A DNA stretch of 64,000 nt from Bacteroides sp. (GTDB taxonomy: Bacteria; Bacteroidota; Bacteroidia; Bacteroidales; Muribaculaceae). Below the pieces are notes generated by a model, which saw only the letters and a program-made list of their open reading frames with translations, was not told where the DNA came from and ran no database searches. A program made the translations under genes and the position numbers. Where the stretch lies: positions 50,128 to 114,127 of the forward strand of contig JAAVCK010000017.1 of the NCBI GenBank assembly GCA_014802325.1. The letters run 5' to 3'. Position 1 is the first letter of the stretch; each line of letters starts with the position of its first letter. This document shows positions 1-8,249 of the stretch, in pieces.

Positions 1-515
1 TCCGTGCCGTAGTCGAGTTTCTTGACGTAGATATTATTGTCTTCGGCCACGAATGCCACCATGCGGCCATCGGGCGAAAATAGGGGAGAGCGTTGCACGG
101 CATGATCGTCTGACAGGGGCGTGAGCATACGGGTGCGAATCTCGTAGACATAATAAGCTGCTGTAAACGAGCGTCGGTATATCATTTTCTTACCGGTGGT
201 CAGGAGGAGTTTCGATCCGTCGGGGCTGAGCGTGAATCCCTCGATGGATTTCAGCGACGTGCCGCGGGTATGGGTGAGATCCATCACGGTCTCCACTTCC
301 TTGTCGGTCTTGAGGTCAAATCGCTTCACGGCCATATCGTCGGGCATATATGCCAGATAGGTAGTGCCATCAGGGTCGAAAGTCATTTCGGCCGGCGATG
401 CAGCGGTATTGCCCGGGTATACGTAGGGAGCCATGCCGGTGTCGACCTTCACGGCCGATACGGCAGTGGCGCTTAGAGTGGAGAGTGATAGGATAGTAGT
501 CAGTATTTTTTTCAT
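1..515 (-). CDS. Dipeptidyl peptidase IV family (S9B) protein, N-terminal part, runs off the left edge
   Basis: Manual translation from ATG at 515: MKKILTTILSLSTLSATAVSA (signal peptide) ... MIYRRSFTAAYYVYE ... QRSPLFSPDGRMVAFVAEDNNIYVKKL, typical of the DPP-IV beta-propeller. Not in the ORF track because it has no stop in the window. Confidence 0.85.
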   Translation of the reverse strand, partial: MKKILTTILSLSTLSATAVSAVKVDTGMAPYVYPGNTAASPAEMTFDPDGTTYLAYMPDDMAVKRFDLKTDKEVETVMDLTHTRGTSLKSIEGFTLSPDGSKLLLTTGKKMIYRRSFTAAYYVYEIRTRMLTPLSDDHAVQRSPLFSPDGRMVAFVAEDNNIYVKKLDYGT

Positions 516-527
516 GAGTTGATAGCG

Positions 528-571
528 GCTGAATTTAGAAGAGTGAAAGGCTGAATTTAGAAGAGTGAAAG
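528..571. repeat. 22-bp perfect tandem duplication (GCTGAATTTAGAAGAGTGAAAG x2) overlapping the stop codon of the coiled-coil gene
   Basis: Read directly: 528-549 equals 550-571. Confidence 0.95.
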
Positions 572-2014
572 CTGTGCGTCGTTGTCAGGCACTACGGTGC
601 GCGGAGGTTCGTGGTAACCGAAATCGGGGTCAAACTTGCGTGAGCCTTCGGGCACATCGAGCCAGTCAGTGCTGTCGAGATTGCCGTCGATGGCGTCACG
701 CGTCTTGCGCGGACGTCCGCGGCGCTTGCGCTGAGGCGGGGCAGCTGAGGCGGGAGCGGGATCGTCAATGAGCCTCGGGGCAGCCTCGGCTTCCTGCAGG
801 CGCTCCTTGGTGCGGTCGAGTTCGGCACGCAGTTGCTTTATCTCCGAGCGGAGCTTCATCTCGGCGTTGGCCTGATTGTAAAGATTGGTCTCTATAGTGT
901 GGGAGAGCGATGCGTTTTCATCGCGCAGACGCAGGATTTCTTCCTCAGCGGCTTGAACGTCAGGAGCCGGAGCGGGCATATTTTCAATCTGTTCGGAGAG
1001 CTGCTTCACCTTAGCGGTAAGTTCGGTGATTTTAGCGTCTTTGCGTTTTTTGATTTCCTCAAAGAGTTCGAGTTTTTCCTGGATTTCGGCAGCTATGGCC
1101 AGATCGGATTCGGCTTTGGCAAGCTGCTCCCGGGCGCGCGATGCTTCAGCCTGAAGATTGTTGATCATACTGTCGCTCATAGTGGCTTTCAGTTCAAGCT
1201 GCTCGTTGAGAGTGCGGGCTTTGTTGACCTCGGCATCGAGCTGCTTGATGCGTGAGGTGAGCGACTCGATGTGAGAGTTTAGTTCTTCGATTTTCGCGTC
1301 CTTTTCGGCCGATTCGGTCGGGTCGACAGCTTGGAGCTGACTATGCTTGGTGCTGACTTGTCCCTTCTCGGCTATCAGTTTGCTCAGATGGGAGTCAAGT
1401 TCAGTGATCCGGTCGGTAAAAGCCTGTTTCTGCTGCTCGGCGCTTGTGCGCAGCGATAGCATTTCGTTGCGGAGAGCATCAGCCTCTTCCCGGGCTTGAT
1501 GGAGGGTGTCGATGAGTTGCCGGTGTTCAGTCATGTCAGCCGGAGTGGATACCCTGACCGCTACAGTGGAAGCAATGCGCGCGCGGAGCGAATCGCTGAT
1601 ATGGTCGTAGATATATTTACGCTGCGCTTCAGAGCTGAGCGACTTGGCTACAAACTCGGGCATCGTGGAGTTAAACAGCTCAATAATCGCGTCGAATATA
1701 TCACCCGGCAGATCGTCAGACGAAGTTTCTACTGTCTCTGAAACTATTTCGGCCTTTGTCTCGGCTTCAGCCTTTGTCTCGGCTTCAGCCTTTGTCTCGG
1801 CTTCAACCTTTACCTCGGGTTCGCTCTCAGCCACGGGTCCGGCCACGGGTTCGGTCTCAGCCTTGGGCGACGGAAGGCCGCGCATCACAGGCTTGATCTC
1901 CTCCTCGGGGCGTTCTACGGCATAGGTGGGAACCGATGAGTCGTATTCGTCGAAATCTTCTTCATCGGTAGGCCCGAATCCGAGCAGCTGCTTTATTTCG
2001 TTCCAGATTGACAT
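557..2014 (-). CDS. Hypothetical long coiled-coil protein with N-terminal amphipathic helix, AT-hook-like RGRPRK and C-terminal QLSLF
   Basis: 485-aa ORF in the codirectional run; heptad-rich E/K/Q/L segment over about 250 aa; KRRGRPRK near the C-terminus; ends in QLSLF. Confidence 0.85.
   Translation of the reverse strand: MSIWNEIKQLLGFGPTDEEDFDEYDSSVPTYAVERPEEEIKPVMRGLPSPKAETEPVAGPVAESEPEVKVEAETKAEAETKAEAETKAEIVSETVETSSDDLPGDIFDAIIELFNSTMPEFVAKSLSSEAQRKYIYDHISDSLRARIASTVAVRVSTPADMTEHRQLIDTLHQAREEADALRNEMLSLRTSAEQQKQAFTDRITELDSHLSKLIAEKGQVSTKHSQLQAVDPTESAEKDAKIEELNSHIESLTSRIKQLDAEVNKARTLNEQLELKATMSDSMINNLQAEASRAREQLAKAESDLAIAAEIQEKLELFEEIKKRKDAKITELTAKVKQLSEQIENMPAPAPDVQAAEEEILRLRDENASLSHTIETNLYNQANAEMKLRSEIKQLRAELDRTKERLQEAEAAPRLIDDPAPASAAPPQRKRRGRPRKTRDAIDGNLDSTDWLDVPEGSRKFDPDFGYHEPPRTVVPDNDAQLSLF
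1752..1805 (-). repeat. In-frame 18-bp tandem repeat x3 encoding (EAETKA)3
   Basis: GCCTTTGTCTCGGCTTCA repeated three times on the + strand. Confidence 0.95.
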
Positions 2015-2042
2015 TTGCTTCGTGTAGGTTTTGGCTTTAATG

Positions 2043-5015
2043 TTATAAAATATCAGGTTTCACCACCACACCCATTCCCTTTGTGCCGTCGATGCCGATG
2101 GCGAAAGGCTGCGGGATGGTGACTACTCTTACATGTTCGGTCTCGGCCACGGCGGGAAGACTGTCGAGGAAGTCCACGTCATATATTCCCTTGCCGGCGG
2201 CGGTGTCGACCGTAAAGTAGCCCACCCCCATAGATGTGAGGTTCTGGAAGAAGTGTGTACCCTGGCTCGGCTCGATTCGGTAGTTGGGCAGCGACGACTC
2301 CACGATCAGACGGGCACATGAAATAGCCGGCCATTTCACGGGAATACCCAGCGCGGTGTCAGACGAGCCCCACCTTCCGGGCCCAATCAGGATATAGTTT
2401 TCTCCCTGAGCTGTAAAGTTACGATTTATTTTTTCAATTTCGCGTGCTATGAGCGAATTATTTGCCGAAGAAAAGCATTCGGGACGCACATAAACGACAG
2501 AACGGACATTTTCAAACGTTCCGTGGCCTAAAGCGGTGGTGGATTTCAGCAGCAGTCGGTCGTCGGGCGTTTCCATCAGATGCGGGTCGACGGAGTCTTT
2601 CCGCTCCACGATGGGCCGTATCTGCAACCAGTAGAGTCGGCCTTTTCCGCGCTCGTTTTCGTCGATCATGCCGGCAAATTCTATTTCCACCGGTCGCGAC
2701 ATGGCTTTCTGCCCTGTGGTGAGCATGAAGTCGAGAGCATCGGCCAGCGGTAGCACTTTATGGCGGAGGATGTTATTGAAGGTCACCACGCGTCGGCCTT
2801 CGCCGCTCTCGTAGTCACGCAACACATTGTCGCGGAAATCGTAGGTCGACACCATGTAGCGCAGCGCGCCCTTCATGGCCACATCCTGCACTTTGAGGCG
2901 GGCGAGATTGAAGCTGTCGTCGATCTTGAAATCTTCGGGCACATTTACGGTGTCGAGTGCATAGAGGCGAGTCTGAGTGTCGCGAAGGGCAAGCTGTATT
3001 TCCGAAGTCTGAAGCACATTGTCGGGATGGCGGGGTGAGAACCTAAGTCCTACTCCTCCGTCGACAATGTATTTACCAAGCCCCACGGCTATCTCCACCA
3101 CTCCGTCTTCGGGTCGCTCATCGTTGATGGGATAGTAGTTGAGCGAACGGCCTACACCCGAAAACGACGGGAAGTAATAACCGTCGACATCCTTACCCAC
3201 TACCTCCTGAATTATGACGGCCATCTTCTCCTGATCAATGACATTGGAAGTGGCGGTCATATATGCTTTCGAGTCAGCATAGTATACCGAGGCATAGACG
3301 CTCTTGATAGCATCGGTGACCACTCCGAGCATCTGAGCCGGGTCGGCCAGCTTGGGCACCATGTAGGTGGAGTATATGCCGGCAAACGGCTGATAATGCG
3401 AGTCTTCGAGGAGCGACGACGATCGTATGGCCAGCGGACGGTCCACCACCTCAAAGAGGGCAAGCAGATCTTCCTTGATGGTGACAGGGAGTTTGGCTTT
3501 CAGAAAGTGTTCGAGTATTACGGAGTCGTCGGCATCAGAGAGCGCTATCGGGTAGAGATTGTTGGCCGACATAAATTCGTCGAAAATGTCGGTGCACAGT
3601 ACTACCGTGCGCGGAATGGTGATGGTGAGTCCGTCGAAATCATCGCATACGGGATTCTTCTTGATTATGGAGTCGATAAACGCCAGACCGCGCCCCTTGC
3701 CTCCGAGTGAGCCATCACCTATACGGGCGAAGTTGGAGTAATGATCGAAACGGTCTTTGCGGAACACAGCTACTACACCGCGGTTTTTCATCTTGCGGTA
3801 TTTCACTATGAGGTCAAAGAAAAACTTGCGTGCCTCGGGAGCATCTTCAAGTGACTTGAAGCGGTGGCGCTTGATGAGTTCGGCTATCGGAAACATGGCG
3901 CGGCTGTAGAGCCACCGCGATATGTCGTTGAACGACGCATGCCAGTAGAGCGATTCGGCCGGTATGTCGAATATATGATCCTGAAGATCTTTAAGCGATT
4001 TCAGGCGTATGATTTCCTCTCCGGTCTCGGGATTACGAATCACAAAGTCGCCGAAGCCGAAGTTGTCGGTGATGGCGCTTCCGAGGTCTACGGGAAATTT
4101 CTTGGAATTTTTGTCGATAAACGTGCATCCGAGTTCGGCCACGTCATCGGCATTGGATTTCTCCGACGACTCGATGATGATGGGCAGAAACGGGTCGCGT
4201 CCGCGCAGTTCACGGGCAAGTTTTACACCCGCCTTCGGGTCTTTGCGGCCATCGTGGTTAAACGATACGTCGGTGATCACACCCAGTATATGCTCATGAT
4301 AGCGGTCATAGAGTCGCATGGCTTCCTCATAGTCGCGAGCCAGCATCACTTTAGGGCGTCCGCGCATGCGCAGCATCTGCTCGTGCTCGTTGAGCGCTTC
4401 GGTCGAAAATTCGCGCGACTGCTCAAGCAGAAACTTATATACCTGAGGGAGGACTGAGGAGTAGAATCTCACCGAATCTTCTACCAGAAGTATCATCTGC
4501 ACGCCTACATCGTTGATGTCGTTGTCGGCGTTCATCTTGTCTTCGAGCAGCTTTATTATTGCCAGAAGCAGACCTACGTTGCCCAGCCAGCTGAAAACAT
4601 AGTCGATACCGGTGAAATCTTCGGCCGAAAGGCGACGCGACACTTCCTTGGAGAACGGAGTGAGCACCACTATAGGCAGGTCGGGATAAAGTGCCTTGAT
4701 GGTCCGGGCGCCGGTAAAAGTCTCGCTTATGTCGATGCCCGGCATTGTTATCACGAGGTCAAACTTGGTGGCGGCGAGTTTTTCGAGAGCTTCGGCAGTA
4801 TCAGTGACGCGAGTGACTCGCGGCGGCGACGAGAGATTGAGCGACACGTATTCAAAATACAGCTGCTCCTCCACGCGCCCGTCTTCCTCCATCATGAAGG
4901 CGTCGTATGGCGAGGCTATGAGCAGCACATTGAATATGCGCCGCTTCATGAGATTCTGAAATGCCGTGTCCTTAAGATAAAGACGGCTAAGCTCGTCTAC
5001 GCCGTGAGATTTCAT
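2043..5015 (-). CDS. PEP/pyruvate-binding (PPDK_N ATP-grasp) domain protein with N-terminal receiver domains, usually annotated PEP synthase-like
   Basis: 990 aa; GSLGGKGRGL, LAIRSSSLLEDSHYQPFAGIYST, MAVIIQEVVG, EIAVGLG and PVEIEFA...LQIRP are ATP-grasp motifs of the PEP synthase/PPDK N-domain; receiver-like LLVED...GVITD...IIESS...FIDK. Confidence 0.85.
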   Translation of the reverse strand: MKSHGVDELSRLYLKDTAFQNLMKRRIFNVLLIASPYDAFMMEEDGRVEEQLYFEYVSLNLSSPPRVTRVTDTAEALEKLAATKFDLVITMPGIDISETFTGARTIKALYPDLPIVVLTPFSKEVSRRLSAEDFTGIDYVFSWLGNVGLLLAIIKLLEDKMNADNDINDVGVQMILLVEDSVRFYSSVLPQVYKFLLEQSREFSTEALNEHEQMLRMRGRPKVMLARDYEEAMRLYDRYHEHILGVITDVSFNHDGRKDPKAGVKLARELRGRDPFLPIIIESSEKSNADDVAELGCTFIDKNSKKFPVDLGSAITDNFGFGDFVIRNPETGEEIIRLKSLKDLQDHIFDIPAESLYWHASFNDISRWLYSRAMFPIAELIKRHRFKSLEDAPEARKFFFDLIVKYRKMKNRGVVAVFRKDRFDHYSNFARIGDGSLGGKGRGLAFIDSIIKKNPVCDDFDGLTITIPRTVVLCTDIFDEFMSANNLYPIALSDADDSVILEHFLKAKLPVTIKEDLLALFEVVDRPLAIRSSSLLEDSHYQPFAGIYSTYMVPKLADPAQMLGVVTDAIKSVYASVYYADSKAYMTATSNVIDQEKMAVIIQEVVGKDVDGYYFPSFSGVGRSLNYYPINDERPEDGVVEIAVGLGKYIVDGGVGLRFSPRHPDNVLQTSEIQLALRDTQTRLYALDTVNVPEDFKIDDSFNLARLKVQDVAMKGALRYMVSTYDFRDNVLRDYESGEGRRVVTFNNILRHKVLPLADALDFMLTTGQKAMSRPVEIEFAGMIDENERGKGRLYWLQIRPIVERKDSVDPHLMETPDDRLLLKSTTALGHGTFENVRSVVYVRPECFSSANNSLIAREIEKINRNFTAQGENYILIGPGRWGSSDTALGIPVKWPAISCARLIVESSLPNYRIEPSQGTHFFQNLTSMGVGYFTVDTAAGKGIYDVDFLDSLPAVAETEHVRVVTIPQPFAIGIDGTKGMGVVVKPDIL

Positions 5016-5033
5016 GCGTTGCTATATCGTGGA

Positions 5034-6632
5034 TTATTTGAATATCTGGGAGTACTTGGTGAGGAGGGCTGAGAAGCGGGGATCGTTACGAAGGGGAGCC
5101 ACGTTGAGGTTTGCCTCGGAGTCGCGGGTCCAAGCGTGGAAATTGGCATAACCTTTCTCAAGCGACTTTTCCATGCAGGCAAATGCCTTGTCAAGATTGC
5201 CGTCCCAGGCGAAGAAGCAAGCGCCGTAGTAGTTGGTCAGTCCGTCGTAGTCCTCGGTAGTGGTGAGCACCTTGTTCATCCAGCGGCGGCCGTCGTCAGC
5301 GCGGTCAAGACCGAGCAAAGCGAATCCGCGGAGCGAGCGAACATTGTCGAAGTCATAGTCCATATCGAGAACACGTTCGTAGCTTGCACGTCCGTTTTTG
5401 GTGTTGTTGCGATACTTTTCGAGCACCCATCCGCGGAGTATATACAGCTCCGGGTCTTCGGGATTGTTCATGGCCGCTTCGCTGAGCGCTACCGATGCGT
5501 CGATATAGTTTTCAAGCGCTATGAGGGCGCGTGCGCGAGCTATGAGGGCTGCGTTGAGTTCAGGATCGGCTTCCACGGCCTTGTCGGCGCATGCCAGAGC
5601 GTTGTCGGGTTCGTTGAGCGCAAGGAGGATTTTAGATTTCAATACATTATAGTCGGCATTGTCGGGGGCTGCGCCTACGGCATAGTCGGCATTGAGCATG
5701 GCTTTCTCATATTCACCCAGTGCGTAGTAGCACTCTGCAAGGGCGGCATTAATGCCGGGATAGGAGTCGAGATGACCTTCGATGATCTTGTTGTAGTCGT
5801 CGATAGCGGCGGTATAGTTGCAGTGACCCTGGGCTATCATGGCGCGGATGTAGTAGAACATGCCGTTTTGGGGAGCCTGACGGATGGCGTTGGAAAGTCC
5901 GGCTATCACCACGGGATAGTCGGCGCGCGAGAGCATGACAAGGTAGGCGAGAGCGCGACCGGTGTTCTGCTCGTCGGTGGAGATGGCCATGATATAATCG
6001 TCGACAGCGCCCTGAGGATTACCCATCATGGTATGGACGTCGGCGCGGCGCATGTATACCTCGCTGTTGTTGGGCGAGAGGGTGAGAGCCTGATCGATAA
6101 GCTCGTTGGCAGTACCGAGATTGTTTTCCTTTACGGCTATTCGGGCCAGACCGAACACAGCTTCGAGGCTGCGCGAGTTCATCTGTTGAAGAATCTTGAA
6201 GTCGGTCTTGGCTTCGGCGTATCGTTCGAGATTATACAGGGCGGTGGCGCGCTGATAGAGCGTGGGATAGTCGCCGGGAATGAGAGTAAGCACCTCGTTG
6301 AAATCGGCGAGAGCCTTTTCGTAGCGCTGGCTCATCATCTGGATATTGCCGCGCAGCGAGTATGCCTGAGCGCGCACGTCGGGCTCTGAATCGGGTATGT
6401 ATTTTAAAGCCAGATCAATGTCGGCGAGCGCCTTCACATAGTCGTCGCGGCGGTAATATTCGTTGGCGCGGCGGAAGAGGGCTTCCCAGTCGTGGGGATC
6501 CTCGTCGAGCATGCTCGTATATGCTTTCATGAGAGCCTCGGAGAAGGGGTCGATTTCAGTCTGAGCGTTTGAGCCTAATGCGGTGGCGCATAGGAGCAGA
6601 CCGGGTATTATGATATGACGGATGAGTTTCAT
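5034..6632 (-). CDS. Tetratricopeptide repeat protein with signal peptide
   Basis: Repeated TPR motifs (A...RA..Y....Y..A..D...AL). Start moved from the track start at 6743 (inside kdsA) to ATG 6632, giving MKLIRHIIIPGLLLCATALGSNA. Confidence 0.85.
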   Translation of the reverse strand: MKLIRHIIIPGLLLCATALGSNAQTEIDPFSEALMKAYTSMLDEDPHDWEALFRRANEYYRRDDYVKALADIDLALKYIPDSEPDVRAQAYSLRGNIQMMSQRYEKALADFNEVLTLIPGDYPTLYQRATALYNLERYAEAKTDFKILQQMNSRSLEAVFGLARIAVKENNLGTANELIDQALTLSPNNSEVYMRRADVHTMMGNPQGAVDDYIMAISTDEQNTGRALAYLVMLSRADYPVVIAGLSNAIRQAPQNGMFYYIRAMIAQGHCNYTAAIDDYNKIIEGHLDSYPGINAALAECYYALGEYEKAMLNADYAVGAAPDNADYNVLKSKILLALNEPDNALACADKAVEADPELNAALIARARALIALENYIDASVALSEAAMNNPEDPELYILRGWVLEKYRNNTKNGRASYERVLDMDYDFDNVRSLRGFALLGLDRADDGRRWMNKVLTTTEDYDGLTNYYGACFFAWDGNLDKAFACMEKSLEKGYANFHAWTRDSEANLNVAPLRNDPRFSALLTKYSQIFK

Positions 6633-6678
6633 TGTAATAAATAGTGATAATGTGGGGATTGGCTGTAGGGATGGATAT

Positions 6679-7491
6679 TTAGAAATTGTTGACGACTTTC
6701 CTAAGCTCCACGAGCTGATGAAGCAGTCGGGGCAGGCGGTCAAGAGGCAGCATGTTGGCGCCGTCGCTCTTGGCTTTGCTCGGTTCGGGATGAGTTTCGA
6801 TAAACAGACCGTCGACGCCCACGGCTATACCGGCACGGGCTATAGTGTCGATGAGGTCGGGACGTCCGCCAGTGACACCCTTGGGCTGATTGGGCTGCTG
6901 GAGCGAGTGGGTGGCGTCGAGTATCACCGGCACGTTGAATTTCTGCATCTCGGGTATACCGCGGTAGTCCACTATAAGATCCTGATAGCCGAACGATACT
7001 CCGCGCTCGGTCACGGCCACATTGTCGTTGCCGGCATCGCGCACCTTGTCGATGGCGAAGGTCATGGCCTCGGGCGAGAGAAACTGTCCTTTCTTGATGT
7101 TGACGGCACGTCCGGTGCGGGCGGCCGCAAGGAGCAGGTCGGTCTGGCGGCAGAGGAATGCGGGTATCTGAAGCACGTCGACATATTCGGCTGCCATAGC
7201 GGCTTCCTCGGGTGAATGTATGTCAGTGACCACGGGCACGCCGAACTCTTTGTGCACCTTGGAGAGAATCTTCAGCGCTTCATGGTCGCCGATACCGGTA
7301 AACGAGTCGAGGCGCGAGCGGTTGGCTTTGCGATATGACCCTTTGAACACGTAAGGAATATTCAGCTCAGATGTGAGCTTGACGATGGTCTCGGCGATAT
7401 TCATGGCCATTTCCTCGCCTTCGATCACGCACGGACCGGCCAGGAGGAAGAACATGGGCTGAGAACTGTAGTTTTCAAACTTGAAATCCAT
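6679..7491 (-). CDS. kdsA: 3-deoxy-8-phosphooctulonate (KDO8P) synthase
   Basis: AGPCVIE, KGSYRKANRS, QIPAFLCRQTDLL, NIKKGQF, TERG, DATHSLQ, FIETHP motifs. Confidence 0.96.
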   Translation of the reverse strand: MDFKFENYSSQPMFFLLAGPCVIEGEEMAMNIAETIVKLTSELNIPYVFKGSYRKANRSRLDSFTGIGDHEALKILSKVHKEFGVPVVTDIHSPEEAAMAAEYVDVLQIPAFLCRQTDLLLAAARTGRAVNIKKGQFLSPEAMTFAIDKVRDAGNDNVAVTERGVSFGYQDLIVDYRGIPEMQKFNVPVILDATHSLQQPNQPKGVTGGRPDLIDTIARAGIAVGVDGLFIETHPEPSKAKSDGANMLPLDRLPRLLHQLVELRKVVNNF

Positions 7492-7500
7492 TGATATATC

Positions 7501-8220
7501 TTATATATTAATGTGGTTGATCTGATCTATAATATGGCAGGCCGATACGGCATAGAGGGCGGCAGTCTCGGTGCGCAGCCTGTTCTCGCCCAAAGTCACA
7601 GCTGTAAATCCTGCGGCGAGTGCCGACTCTATCTCGGCGGGAGTGAAATCGCCCTCCGGACCGATGAGGATAATTGTGTCGGAGGCCGGGCGATATACCG
7701 ACGTGAAGTCGGTGCGCCCCACGGCGTCGTCGCAGTAAGCCACGGCTTTGGTGTAGCCGTCGTAAGCACTGATAATACTGCTTATAGGTGTCATCGGTTC
7801 TATGACCGGCAGGGTGGCTTTGAGCGACTGCTTCATGGCCGAGACGGCGATTTTCTCAAGTCGTTCGGTCTTGATCTCCTTGCGCTCGGAGCGACCGCAG
7901 AGCATGGGGATGATGCGGTTGACACCTACCTCGGTGAGCTTTTCCACCATCCACTCCATGCGGTCAAGATGCTTGGTGGGAGCCACGGCCACTACTATCT
8001 GCTGACTCCACGGCAGAGCCTGCGGGTCACACGACAGTATCTCTACCGCAGCCCGCTTGGAATGAGCTTCGGTGAGGCGGCACTGATACACGTTGCCGCG
8101 ACCGTCGATCACCTGCATCATGTCTCCTTCGTGCATACGGAGCACCCTCACGGCATGAGCCGAATCACTCTCGGGCAGGCGGAGCGTATCGGCTATCTCA
8201 GGGGCATAAAACTGTATCAT
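7501..8220 (-). CDS. rsmE: 16S rRNA m3U1498 methyltransferase
   Basis: HAVRVLR, EKLTEVGV, IGPEGDFT, LGENRLRTETAA motifs. Confidence 0.95.
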   Translation of the reverse strand: MIQFYAPEIADTLRLPESDSAHAVRVLRMHEGDMMQVIDGRGNVYQCRLTEAHSKRAAVEILSCDPQALPWSQQIVVAVAPTKHLDRMEWMVEKLTEVGVNRIIPMLCGRSERKEIKTERLEKIAVSAMKQSLKATLPVIEPMTPISSIISAYDGYTKAVAYCDDAVGRTDFTSVYRPASDTIILIGPEGDFTPAEIESALAAGFTAVTLGENRLRTETAALYAVSACHIIDQINHINI

Positions 8221-8249
8221 GAGTGGGGTAGGGTGGTTGATAAAACGGA

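Noticed and set aside
270-476. 68-aa + strand ORF
   Set aside because: Antisense shadow of the DPP-IV gene, which has clear family motifs on the minus strand.
2043-5015. Calling this gene ppsA or ppdK
   Set aside because: No C-terminal PEP/pyruvate-binding barrel and it has extra receiver domains, so the gene symbol is withheld.
6633-6743. N-terminal extension of the TPR ORF in the track
   Set aside because: Overlaps kdsA; the signal peptide begins at ATG 6632.
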